From assembly GCA_965644265.1 (NCBI GenBank), contig OZ286470.1:6386001-6450000 (forward strand): a stretch of DNA of 64,000 nucleotides, read 5' to 3'. The translations under genes were made by a program, and so were the position numbers. The DNA comes from Glycera tridactyla. Taxonomy: Eukaryota. How positions within the stretch are numbered: position 1 is the stretch's first letter; each line of letters opens with the position of its first letter. The notes beneath the pieces were generated by a model. That model ran no database searches, was not told the origin of the DNA, and saw only the letters and a program-made list of their open reading frames with translations. Shown one piece after another: positions 1 to 11,884 of the stretch.

Positions 1-343
1 TTTCCAAACAATATGTCGACAAATGTGCATTCATGGAACATTGACAATAACAAATTTGCAGTTTAATAATGTGTGAATGACACTTATTGATTCTACTTTC
101 CGGGTAAATTTGACCCAAAGCAACTGGCTAAGTGTAGTCACATGTGAAACAAATGCATGAAACAAGAATACAGAAACCATTATGTCCTTGTTATAAAAAC
201 CCATTGTTCTGATCTCAAAGCAGTTTAGCATCACTTGCAGTGTTCACGAAAAGTCGTCGGACCGCCGGACATCACGGACGACATTTTTGAATGTCCGACG
301 AGAGGCTATGTTGTCTTCCGTCACGATGTCCGTGGAGGTGACG

Positions 344-910
344 TTTATACGCAATAAAGACACGTTTGCATCTCAAATCGCGAGGAAAACGAAAGATCAG
401 TGGCCCATCTTGACTTTATAAAGCTAACTCGAGGTAATTCGTCTGATTCTGCGAGAAAATCGCGTGAGATTGACTGCAGGTCAAGGCTAGTCCAATATCG
501 GGCGCCATCTTGGTTATTTTTCATAAGAGACAAATAGCGGCCGGAAATGGCGCTTTTATACGCAATAAAGACACGTTTGCATCTCATATCGCGAGCAAAA
601 CGAAAGATCAGTGGCCCATCTTGACTTCATAAAGCTAACTCGAGGTAATTCGTCTGATTCTGCGAGAAAATCGCAAGAGATTGACTGCAGGTCAAGGCTA
701 GTCTAATATCGGGCGCCATCTTGGAATTTTTGATAAGAGACAAATAGCGGCCTGAAATGGCGCTTTTATACGCAATAAAGACACGTTTGCATCTCATTTC
801 GCGTGTAAAACGAAGGATTAGTAGCCCATCTTGACTGTATAATGCTCAAGTGATGTAATTTTCAGTATATTGAGAGGAAATCGTAAAAGATCGACTGCAG
901 AGCAAGGCTA
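344..910. repeat. ~210-bp tandem repeat, about 2.7 copies
   Basis: Anchor TTTATACGCAATAAAG at 344, 555 and 765. Confidence 0.9.
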
Positions 911-1074
911 TTTATCAACTGATCCCTTTTGGGATCTTCTTCGCCCCTAGCGGCGGCGCAGAGAACCAGCGAACTTTCTTGAGCAGACAGCAACAGCTGG
1001 ACAGGTCATAGGAAAAACGCAATTTTCGGAGGTTAGTTTTTTCGCTTTTTCTTCTTACCGTACAAAACTCTTAG

Positions 1075-1307
1075 TGTGGTGCCGTGTGTTCATGGGTGTT
1101 GTGCTGTGTGTGGGTGGGTGTGGTGCTGTGTGTGGGTGGGGGTGAGGTGCTGTGTGTGGGTGGGTGTGGTGCTGTGTGTGGGTGGGGGTGAGGTGCTGGG
1201 TGTGGTGCTGTGTGTGGGTGGAGGTGAGGTGCTGTGTGTGGGTGGGTGTGGTGCTGTGTGTGGGTGGAGGTGAGGGTGGGTGTGGGTTTGGTGCTGTGTG
1301 TGTGGGT
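1075..1307. repeat. GT-rich minisatellite (GTGTGGTGCTGTGTGTGGGTGG-like)
   Basis: Visible unit of about 22-24 bp; explains the spurious ORFs at 1055-1358. Confidence 0.9.
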
Positions 1308-2688
1308 ATCCTAAGCAATTGTCAGACGAGAAATGAAATTGTCAGACGAGAGCCTTGATTCTCGTCTGACAAGATTGTCAGACGAGAAATGAAATTGTCA
1401 GACGAGAACCTTGGTTCTCGTCTGACAAAAAGTCAGACGATGGCAAAAACTTTTCGTGAACACTGCACTTGTATGAAATACCAATTTCGAAATTCTCTTA
1501 CTATAAACTGGCTGAATTACCAACATGTATTTTGATTTTTTTAGGCATAAGCATAGGGTGGACCCATGGACCCTAGCATGGGCCAGCATGCACATCCAGG
1601 TCATAAAAGCTTGAAAATACAGAATTGGTGATTACCACCTCAGAACTTCTCAGTCAAAAGATTGGATGACTGTAGGTAAGCGCAGTCCAAGACAGCACAT
1701 GCCGGAAACAAATTCATATTCTTCCAAAGAGTAAGCATTCAGGAAATAGCCACCTGGAACTAGCGGATTGCTGGTGTTTCCCGTCACTCACAACTGAGAC
1801 ATTGCCGGAACAGGTCATTATCTTATGGTGCCTTTACACTAACGCGATTCCGCACGCGGTCGGCGCCCGATCAACGTGCCGCCTCAGACCGGCAGTAAAA
1901 TCGGTTCCCATCTGCGTCAGTATGTGTCATTCTTTGTCAGACTGTGGGAGCCATTTTTTCCGGTTCGAATTTCAACCGCCCGTCGAGCGGGTGGTTATTT
2001 TTGATGTCTTCCCGCCCTGTATATGTACTGACTAACTGGAAGAATGACAGACACTCTCAGCAGGGCAACTACACTTATTGAGTGCAACTACCTGAGAATG
2101 AGTTATTTTCCATTTCTTTCAGCCATTTGAGTCTATACATAAGCCCATTCACGATATCTATGGATTTCCTAGAACGAGCATTGATGAGATTTATCAAGCA
2201 TCTAAAAAATCAGGTAAAACCCTGAATGTACTTTGCAGTTGGTTTAGTATAACGTAACGTAACTAACGTTACTAACGAGTTATTGCAACTAACAATCATC
2301 GTGCGAGAATATATGCCACTGATTCCAAACACTATAGTACCAATAGTGGCTATCAGAGACAAGACAACAAGTCGAGATGGGAGCGTATATCGCTGGCCAA
2401 ATATCCAGATAAATGAGCTGGCGATGATCCAACTATCTACCTACAGAATCAATTGAATCTACAGCAATAAGCCAAGGGTGGATGCTGCGATATCCAGCTA
2501 ACCCAGGAGTGGGGGGGGGGGGGATCTCACAGGAATGTCGGCTATCTCTATCAATTATCTACACACACTTCTTTATTCATGAAAAAACAACACTTCTGCA
2601 GTAGACTGTGCTAGCATGTTGCTAATAATTTGTTTTCAGTGAATATGATTACATGCATGCTGAATATGATTACATGCATGCTCGCACA

Positions 2689-2693
2689 TGCGC

Positions 2694-2785
<92 letters not shown>
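2689..2785. repeat. Compound (GCAC)n(CA)n microsatellite
   Basis: Direct reading. Confidence 0.95.
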
Positions 2786-2787
<2 letters not shown>

Positions 2788-3206
2788 CCAAAGTGAAGAA
2801 TGTTACACTAATGATACCAAGTGCCGGGGTCCGTTTCATGAAGTCTGGGCTCGACGGATGTTGTTACCTGTCATGTGAGGGCAGCCGATGGCTACCAAAT
2901 TCATCCTCTTGTTATATTAGAAGCCAGCTGCCCCAATGTATTGAATGGCTACCAATATTTGGCACTGTCTACCAAGCTGGCTCCTAAATCGAAAAGACGT
3001 TTTTGTTGGTTCCAAGATGATTCATGTTGAATAAGTAATGTCTTACTTTGGAACGATTGTTGAAACGATTATCCGATGACAACGCGCATGTGATCATTCG
3101 TGATCAAGACTCCTAGTCGGGACGTCGAAACCTCAGATAATTGTTTCAAAAATTAAAAAATAGAGCCCTGCACTCAGAAGGCATAGATGCCCTCATTCAC
3201 TATATA

Positions 3207-3384
3207 CAGTGAAACCTGTCTTGGGAGACCCCTCTTTTGGGAGATCACCCTCTAATGGGAGACCCATATTCATCAGCTCTTCTTTATTTGGCATATTCAA
3301 ATATACCTTTAATGAGAGACCACCTGTCTTGAGAGACCGCTTTTTGTTGGCGTTTTGGGCGGTCTCCCACGACAGGTTTCACTG
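3207..3384. mobile_element. pogo/Tigger-like MITE (family B)
   Basis: TA|CAGTGAAACCTGTC...GACAGGTTTCACTG|TA. Relatives at 36228-36389, 61574-61746 and about 31130-31289. Confidence 0.85.
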
Positions 3385-4484
3385 TATATGGTTCTCTAAG
3401 AAGACCACGGTAATTGAGTGAACTGAAAATTACATATAGGTGATCTCATTGCTGAGTGAAACCGGCCCCTGGTACATGTCATGTAGGGTGACTAGGGGCT
3501 TGTTTGACTAATGGGTGGGCACACTCAACATATCAGAAGTGCTCTCAAACACCATGGTTCTCAGAGAAAGCCCACATCACTTAGAGAGCACCTACACCCT
3601 GTGTGAAACGGGCCCCAGTCTGTCTCTGTCCTTCCAGTAAAGTAAGCTGATCAGCCGTGTTTATGTAACCGGTGACTGCGGTCATTCATAGATGGCCTGG
3701 TGCCAGCCAGACAGATGAACTCGGGGCCAATGGTCATATAAGAATGATACACAGCGTGTAATGACCATCTATTTACTTGCAGTCCTGCCTCCATGCAGTC
3801 ATCACCTCATACTCTGCTGCCTGCCACATGTAGTCACGACTGTCAGCACTGTCAATATTGCTGGTAGCCTTTCACCCGGGGACTACCAGATTCAGACTGA
3901 GCCAATGTAGGGTATTGTACAAGGTAACATTCAAGATAGCCAAAACTGGGGGCGTTTGTCTCCCAAGTTCAAGAGTAGGGCCACCTCCCCACAACATTGC
4001 TTGTAAGTTTGTTTGTTTTAGTTTCAACATCTTTTCAACTTCCTTGCCTTCTATGAAGACTGAAAAACAGGAGATGAACAGTTGCACCGTTCCCAGGGGC
4101 AATCCATATTCTTCGCAAACGACAGCAGTGGTTATCGTTATAGACCCCCATACACACAACTAGCCTTTGATATCCCAGTTCGGGTCAATTAATATAACAA
4201 AGGTGCAGCCCCATTGTTGATTAAGGGGGCAATGTGGTCCCCAATTGCCGTAAATAAGGGACCAGAATCGGTGAAATGAAATGTTTGGGATGATTTTTTT
4301 GGCAAACATCTAGAGACAGATGCGTGAATACAATTTGTTGAACAATGAATTGTTAAAACTGTCATGACAGGTGTGCACTTTCTGGACTGTTACGAAATGT
4401 TACCAAATCCAAAACATTTGCCTTACATTTGATGGTGGTGCTCAAAATATTCACAGACTATACTCAAGTGCAGTGAATTTCTCC

Positions 4485-4710
4485 CAGGGCATGAAGAGAC
4501 AGTTGCTCATCTGCCCAGGTAGATTAGAAAGATGGGCCGATTGATTTGAGATTCACCTCCCTGGGAGACAGGTGGAAAATAATAATGGGATGAACATACC
4601 GGTATATAAGGGTTAGGCTGAAATTTCTTTTTGGGGGGGGGGGGGTGATTGGTAGATCTGAAATATCTCTGCCCATCGGATAGGTGGATATTTTCAATGT
4701 TTGCGCCCTG
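4485..4710. mobile_element. CAGGG-terminated MITE with probable 5-bp TSD
   Basis: CAGGGC...GCCCTG ends; flanks TCTCC/TTTCC; homologous at both ends to 10028-10180. Confidence 0.7.
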
Positions 4711-4752
4711 TTTCCAAAATCAGGAAGGTGAAAACTACAAAGGTGAACTTAC

Positions 4753-4946
4753 TTTCCGGCAATCTGGGCATTCTCCACGTAAGCCAGCACAGCATCCAGG
4801 GCTTTCTCTTGAGCAATGGCATTGTTATCCACAACAAATTTCCGTATAAGACCAAGATATGGTTTGAATTCTGGTGATTTCTCATCCCCGAGGGTGGTGA
4901 ATAGTTTCACACATTCTTCGTATCCTGCAACTCGTGCTTTCCAGGC
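4753..4946 (-). CDS. CKAP5: CKAP5 second coding exon (194 nt)
   Basis: Acceptor TTACAG|GCC TGG AAA; ends GGA AA|GTAAGT. Lies within ORF 4749-5195. Confidence 0.96.
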
Positions 4947-5577
4947 CTGTAACATACAAGATGCAAACTCCATCTGAAATTGGGTTGAGCAAGAAACCGC
5001 ATACATGAGCACACACACACACGCACGCACACACGTCACTAGTATGAGAATAGAGCATCTGGATTCATTTGAGTTATTTAGAAAAGGTGATGTTTTATGG
5101 ATGTATGCTCTATCTAACATCAGAGCATATACAGTAAAACCTGCTTGAGCGTAATCCTGTGCTAGGCGGAATCCTGTCTTAAGCGCATACCCCACGGTCC
5201 TCCCGAACAGTTTTTCACTATAATTGACCTGTATTGAGCAAAAACGTGTCTAATGCGAACATAGGAACGCCATTCTCGGTCCCATCCTGTATTAGGCGGA
5301 ACACAAGGTTGACATTGAAACTTGCGAGTGAGCAACTCTACACGTTCTGCTTGGGAAATCCGTGATGACCCCGCTCACGAACCCTAGCCTCTCTAAGGCA
5401 GTCTTCGCTGGTAAGCAAGCTGATATCTGTTTGCGCTTTTCAGGGTGCAGTGATTACGATTACGGCTTTCAAGCTATTATGCAGAAGACTTAATTCGGGG
5501 TGAAAAGAAAGAACACTGACCTTGTGCTGAACTTTCTCATCAGTTGGCAACTTCAGCCACTCCGAATCATCCCCCAT
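4753..5577 (-). CDS. CKAP5: CKAP5 / ch-TOG / XMAP215 microtubule polymerase, 5' part: join(5577-5521, 4946-4753); gene continues off the left edge
   Basis: Spliced translation MGDDSEWLKLPTDEKVQHK|AWKARVAGYEECVKLFTTLGDEKSPEFKPYLGLIRKFVVDNNAIAQEKALDAVLAYVENAQIAGK matches the N-terminus of TOG1 of ch-TOG (human MGDDSEWLKLP...WKAR..GYEE...DEKSPE). GT-AG sites, phases 0 and 2. Confidence 0.97.
5132..5316. mobile_element. pogo/Tigger-like MITE (family A, degenerate)
   Basis: TA|CAGTAAAACCTG start; interior similar to 48381-48557. Confidence 0.7.
5521..5577 (-). CDS. CKAP5: CKAP5 first coding exon (57 nt)
   Basis: ATG at 5577-5575 gives MGDDSEWLKLPTDEKVQHK, then donor GTCAGT at 5520. Probable upstream acceptor TTTCAG ending at 5614. 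Too short for the ORF track. Confidence 0.95.
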
Positions 5578-5718
5578 CTCGGCTGCGTAATAATCGTACT
5601 CCTAATGTTGAATCTGAAACCAGTAATGATGGTGAGTCCAGGTAGTCATAGAACATAACATAATCCATGCATTCGAGGCAGGAGAGGCTGCTACAAGGGG
5701 ACACAAACTTGATTATTT

Positions 5719-5929
5719 CAGGGCTTGACAATAAGGGTTGTCCCATTGCCCGGAGCAAGTGCAATTTGTGTTTGGGCAAGTGAAACATCATACCTACTAG
5801 CCCAAAGGGCAAGTTCATTTCGAGAATATTTGTATACAACAAAAAAGGGGGGGGGGGCAAGTACATTTACTGTTTGGGCAAATTCATCTCATTGAGCACT
5901 TGCCCAAGAAACCTTACTGTCAAGCCCTG
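5719..5929. mobile_element. CAGGG-terminated MITE with probable 5-bp TSD
   Basis: 18-bp TIR CAGGGCTTGACA(A/G)TAAGG; flanks TATTT/TATTC; internal GGGCAAGT motifs. Confidence 0.8.
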
Positions 5930-6149
5930 TATTCAAAATTGAGAACTACAAACGATTGGAGCAAGTCACAAAATATCGTCTGGCAGTCCAGTGGTGGTTG
6001 AATAGAATATAGATGGTGCAAAGGATGATCAAAATGTCACAAAATCACGAAAATGTTACTATATCAGTTAACATGTTTTTCTACAAGACAATGGCAGTTA
6101 GAGATCTATCAGATTTACACCAATGATATGCACCGATATCCTATTGCCA

Positions 6150-7060
6150 CCCCCCCCCCCATGCCTTCCACATCCCCACATATCCCACTGCCCCCCATGC
6201 CTTCCACATCCCCACATATCCCACTGCCCCCCCCATGCCTTCCACATCCCCACATATCCCACTGCCCCCCATGCCTTCCACATCCCCTCATATCCCACTG
6301 CCCCCATGCCTTCCACATCCCACATATCCCACTGCCCCCATGCCTTCCACATCCCCACATATCCCACTGCCCCCCATGCCTTCCACATCCCCACATATCC
6401 CACTCCCCCCCCCCCATGCCTTCCACATCCCCACATATCCCACTGCCCCCCCATGCCTTCCACATCCCCACATATCCCACTGCCCCCATGCCTTCCACAT
6501 CCCCACATATCCCACTGCCCCCCCCCCATGCCTTCCACATCCCCACATATCCCACTGCCCCCCCATGCCTTCCACATCCCCACATATCCCACTCCCCCCA
6601 TGCCTTCCACATCCCCACATATCCCACTGCCCCCCATGCCTTCCACATCCCCACATATCCCACTGCCCCCCATGCCTTCCACATCCCAACATATCCCACT
6701 GCCCCCCATGCCTTCCACATCCCCACATATCCCACTGCCCCCCCATGCCTTCCACATCCCCACATATCCCACTGCCCCCATGCCTTCCTAATCCCCACAT
6801 ATCCCACTGCCCCCCATGCCTCCCACATCCCCACATATCCCACTGCCCCCCCATGCCTTCCACATCCCCACATATCCCACTGCCCCCCATGCCTTCCACA
6901 TCCCCACATATCCCACTGCCCCCCATGCCTTCCACATCCCCACATATCCCACTGCCCCCCATGCCTTCCACATCCCCACATATCCCACTGCCCCCCATAC
7001 CTTCCACATCCCCACATATCCTTCCCCCCCCCACCCCCCATGCCTTCCACATCCCCATCC
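6150..7060. repeat. ~36-bp C-rich minisatellite, about 25 copies
   Basis: Unit CCCCCCATGCCTTCCACATCCCCACATATCCCACTG with variable poly-C length. Confidence 0.97.
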
Positions 7061-7349
7061 TCTGGACCTATTGCTTGTACATATAAATAGAAACTAGTAT
7101 ATTAGGTGCCTTACAGTTGGTCATGCTATGCATCAGTATTCCCTAGCATATTCTATGCAACGAGCATATTCTATGCAACAAGCATATTCTATGCAACGCA
7201 GTTACTATGCCAGCGCTCTCCCCCTCCCCCCTCTTCTGTGTGCCTGAAACAACCTATGTCAGGGCTCCATAATGGCCAGAATATTTAGGGGCCGGCTGGC
7301 TCTCAAGTTGAAATTTTTGGTAGCGTGTGCGATATTTCCGTAGCCAGTC

Positions 7350-9000
7350 CAGTGTTGTCCAAACTTTTTTGGGCTTGTCTGACATTTTGTCAGACGAGAA
7401 ATCGGCTCTCGTCTGACATTTTTATGAGATATCTGACAAAATTGTCAGACGAGAAAAAGACTCTCGTCTGACAAATTTATATGTCCAACCACCACCACTT
7501 ACGAACACTCTTACCACCCATTGGCCCTCCATCAGGAATCTAGGGCCGTGGTCCATACCCGTGAGAGCAACCACCCATATTCCGCCATTATAGCGAACTA
7601 CATCAAATATCTATGTGTCCAGTTGAAGTTCGTGGAATCGCCTTCATTCGAGCTGTCCTCCAAGATATATCCATCTTTTTTATATAATGATGTATTCTCG
7701 CATCATATTAATGGTGGATCAGGTGAGATTTTGCCGAATAAACATTGAATAGAGATGCAATGTGCAATTTTCAGCACGGCTTTAGACGGGAAACACCCTC
7801 ATTTGCATAATTTATGACGGAATACCCGTTTCTTGCGCAACTTTATCGTACAGTTGAACATGTCCTAAGCAAAACTTGTACTAAGCAAGAACTCGTCCTA
7901 AGCAACAGGACCTTGCTCATCGCACCAGAGTATTTTTCACTATATTTGACTCTATATCATGTCTGAATGTCACGATCTCCCAGAGAATAGGCTTCGTTGT
8001 CGGAGAAGACAAGATGGCCGTCACCGGAAAAAATAAACATTTGCAATATGGTATTAGTGAGTTTATTGACAAGATTGGTGACCAGGGTCACATTTGGCAT
8101 GAATTTCGAATGTTTTTCCCTCCTCAAACACCTTGCCTGGCAAGTATGGGTCTGTCAACAGACTTTATGCAAACTCATTGGCGAAAACTGGCGAGCCGAC
8201 GAGATTTTGACAAAACTGTATCTATCACTATAAATAGGGGATGCAATCTTTCAGCGGTTCTGCAGATTTCCACGTTCATGGTCAAATATGACAGATTAGA
8301 GCATTTTGTGCTGAACTTTTGGGCTTGGCTTGTGCTGAACTTTTTGAAAATGGTACCAGAATTAGTGGAGATAGAGGACAGTTTGTATTGAGTTATAGTA
8401 GCCATTAGTCAGCCCTCATATCCAAGTGCCAGTTCTTAAAATCAAATAATATCATGTTTGAAAAGATGTACGTTGGGGTCATTCAGCATTTGCACATTAC
8501 AATTGAAGGTTGGAACTTAGAAAACTAATGACAATATTCATCTGCCATGTGCGGGTTTTGTGCTAACTCAACCATCAGTTTTGCATAAATGCATCATGAG
8601 CACATTAAAACAGTGTTGAAAAGAAAAGTCAACCACTTTGTGGTATTACAAGCACTAATTGGATTAGGTGATACTGCCCAACCCTCAGTGCCCCCCCCCC
8701 CCCTACACACACACCCCTCTCATCCAGGTCAGATCAGGGTGTATGATACATCCGCTTATGTAAGATAGGGGAGTCTGTAGCAGGAGGAGGTACAGTCACT
8801 TTCATGATCATTTAAAAAAGGCTCCTGAAATATGACCCCTCTTCAAGAATCACAGGCTGCTTCTGCGTGTTCACAACTTCTCTGGATAGTTAGCATTCAT
8901 TGCTGCCGGTCAAATTGTCTGACGTAATAGTGGCTCACGCCGGACAATGAGATTTTACGTCGGATTTATCCGACGAGCCGACGAGATTTCGACAACACTG
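7350..9000. mobile_element. Non-autonomous TIR element with 6-bp TSD (hAT-like)
   Basis: TIR CAGTGTTGTC(C/G)AAA; perfect CCAGTC duplication at 7344-7349 and 9001-9006. Confidence 0.82.
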
Positions 9001-10027
9001 CCAGTCAATACATTTTCAATCAGAAACCTCTCAAAATTTCAGTGGCAGCTGGCTCCTACCTTTCAAAATATGGTATTTTGCCAAGTTTCAATGGGGTAGC
9101 TGCGCATTCATTGCAGATCAGGTTTCAAATGAATAGATTTGTAATGTTTTGAGCCATCATCCGGAAACCTAAGTCCGTTTATGATCTTTTTGAACCCTGA
9201 CTTTCATGTTAGGCATACACAAATCAATAGGTATCTAGCCAGGCCTACTATGGATCAGTCTGCTGAGTTTTAAATGAACAGCTTTGTAATGGTTCGAGTT
9301 ATTATTCAGAAACCAACAAAGTCCCTTGATGACCTTCTTGAAGCCTATGACAATGAAATTTCAATTAGCCACCCCAACATCGATAGAATTCTTGGGAGGG
9401 CTGAGCTACAGCTGTGTTCAGCAGTTTGAACTTGATAGGTCAAAAACTTTCCAACACACTCACTTCCTCACTCACTCCCTCACATATGCACATTCACCCA
9501 AAAAATGTCATCCACCCATAGAGCCAAGGCAAAAACCTACAGCCCCTTCGGAGTAGACACTGATGGGGCACATTGAAAATAAAAGTGTATGCACGCTTCT
9601 CACACAAATCTAGTGAATGGAACAATTGAAATGTATGAACAAAACAGTAACCTTTCTGCCCCCGATGACCTTAAGATTCAAGATGACCACCCCTGAATCA
9701 ATCTTTGTTGTGTCAGAACCTAGGGTCTGTCCCTCAAGATCGAGATGGCTAGCCATCAAACTTTTCAAATTATTGTCCTGAAACCACTATGAACCTTTTC
9801 GCACTTAGAGACACAGAAATCCAAAATGGCCACCCAAAAAGGAAAGGTGCCTCACCAGTCTCTATGAGAGCCTCTGCTGCACAATATCAGAGAATTATTG
9901 GGCGCAAAAGACAGAACATGGGCAGTTGAGGATGTGGATCCAAACAGATGCAAGGGTGATGTTGTTCTCCCTCTCTCTCATATACACATATCTCATACTT
10001 ATTTAAGGAGAACCATGCATGCGTTTG

Positions 10028-10180
10028 CAGGGTGAGAAGAGATAGCCGCCCACCTGCCCGGGGCAGGTAGATTTCACAGGTGGGCAGGTGGAAAATGATT
10101 ATAAATGACTTGCATATATAAGCAGGGCAGGTGGATTTTTCAGGGGGGCAGGTGGATTTTCCTGATGTCTTCTCGCCCTG
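10028..10180. mobile_element. 153-bp MITE with 5-bp TSD GTTTG
   Basis: TIR CAGGG(T/C)GAGAAGA. The empty site is present in the adjacent tandem copy at about 10372-10400. Confidence 0.9.
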
Positions 10181-10694
10181 GTTTGGATCCATTGGCTGCT
10201 GATGGTTTGTGGCTTACAAATCAGACAGGAGTCAAGATATCTCTAATCTTGGCTGAACTGCCAGGTCTCCTTTTTTCAGGGGTATGGAATTTAAAGGCCC
10301 GAAACCCCGGCCTGGCATTGCTGAGTCAGTCGTGGGTGGCATGTGTATCTCATGCTAATATTAGGGAGGACCATGCATGCGTTTGGATCCATTGGCTGCT
10401 GACGGGTTGTGGCTTGGAGCCAGATAGGAGTCAAGATTCTTTTAATATTGGCTTGGCCCCAGGTCTCCCTCCTTCAAGGATATGGAATTTAAAGGCCCAA
10501 AACCCTGGTCTCGGTGGCCCGGTATTTCACTGATGACCTGTTCGACTCGGCCATAGCTGGTCCTCGTATTGCTGAGTCAGTCGTGGGTGGGATGTGTTGG
10601 CGACGTTTTTCTTTATTAACGGAGACACATTGTCAACGCCTTGAGAAAGTAACCGGTGTTGGGAACTCTTCAAATGTGGAAAGTTATGATATAG

Positions 10695-10838
10695 ACAGAA
10701 CGACATGCGTATGTGATACGAGAGCTGGGATCGGGGAGCCGGCGGCAGGAGCACCTCGAGAGCACATAGCGCTCGAGAGGTGCTCCGCCGCCGGCTCCCG
10801 GATCCCAGGTCGAGTGTCACATATGCATGTCGTTCTGT
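10695..10838. repeat. GC-rich long inverted repeat (fold-back hairpin)
   Basis: Arms of about 69 bp (ACAGAACGACATGC...GAGCACCTC and its reverse complement) with few mismatches and a short loop. Confidence 0.9.
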
Positions 10839-11884
10839 TTTTATCACATTATATCACTGGATTTCACTGGATTAATGTTTCGTCACTGGATTTTAGAAAT
10901 TTTGAAGTTTGAAAATATCTCAATCTACACCTACTGGTGTTGTTTACGACGTTGTTTTGATTCCGTCGTCGACGCTTCACACGGCGACGACGCATGCGCA
11001 GATAGCTAGGATGGAATCTGAATCCATATCACCTGAGCCTGTGATACGGATATCTTTATCACATAGCCGTGATGAGACCACTTTTCTGCCGATATCACCC
11101 TCTTAGCCATCATATCATGTGATAAAGCATCATCTCAGGAGTGTTTCTAGACTTAATGACTTTCCCATCATGCACTGGGTTTGTCTGTCCATGCTCAGTA
11201 GGGTTGTGGTCAGCCCCATCTTGGGAAGCGGCATGCATGTGAAGCACTGCATGTGCCATTTTTCAAATCGCCACCAAGTGGTGATTCGGGGCAACGGGGT
11301 CCACTACTTTTTGTGAGCGGTCTTACCCACAGGTTTCTCTTTGACATGTGCTGTCACTGTCAATCATATAAAAGGAATTTGGCCAGGGAATTTACAGTGG
11401 GCAGATCCAATTCCGGACTGGGGTAACTGACAGTCACGTCTGTAGTAATGAATTATCTGAGGACTGTACAGAGATTTGTCAACTTGGACCTGTGTGGTAC
11501 TCACAAAGTGGTTGTCAAGAAGGCAATGTATGAAATGTCAAACATGACACTGACAGTTGTGTATTGCCCCCATCAAAAGAGGTCACCAATGATCGTATCC
11601 TGTCAGCTATGTGAATACATTGGTCGTGAAAGCATAACAAACATAGCACAGTCAAAATGAATAGCACAGAAGGAAGCAACTACAATGCTCAGATCAAGAA
11701 CGTTAGAATCATATTTGTTGATTTCCTGTCAATTCAACCGGCCAACTTGTCAGCTGCTCACGCCAAATCGCAACATTGGCGGCTGTCAATGCCTACAGAA
11801 CCACGTACCCTGCATGTATGAGTCAAATTCTGGCATCTATGAATAGGTCACATATTGGAATATAGTCTAACGCTCATGTCTCAC

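Larger units (their letters stand above)
238..1465. mobile_element. Non-autonomous TIR element with 6-bp TSD (hAT-like)
   Basis: Perfect 17-bp TIR CAGTGTTCACGAAAAGT; perfect CACTTG duplication at 232-237 and 1466-1471. Confidence 0.9.

Noticed and set aside
3860-4160. Possible decayed LINE RT fragment (EVEKMLKLK...PPVLAIL) on the minus strand
   Set aside because: Only a loose resemblance, without the diagnostic GPD or PIFKKG motifs; needs tblastn.
344-7060. Regular repeats as a possible CRISPR array
   Set aside because: Units are head-to-tail with no unique spacers, there are no cas genes, and the context is eukaryotic.
6053-7097. Long Pro/His- and Gly/Trp-rich ORFs (up to 345 aa) in all frames
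   Set aside because: Produced by a stop-free 36-bp minisatellite; no splice or homology support.
10951-11010. CGTCGTCG...CGACGACG hairpin followed by CTAG as a Helitron 3' end
   Set aside because: The base after CTAG is G rather than T, and no 5' TC end could be identified.
1-11884. Intronic snoRNA in CKAP5 (the human gene hosts SNORD67)
   Set aside because: No convincing C/D box pair seen by eye; an Infernal/Rfam search would settle it.
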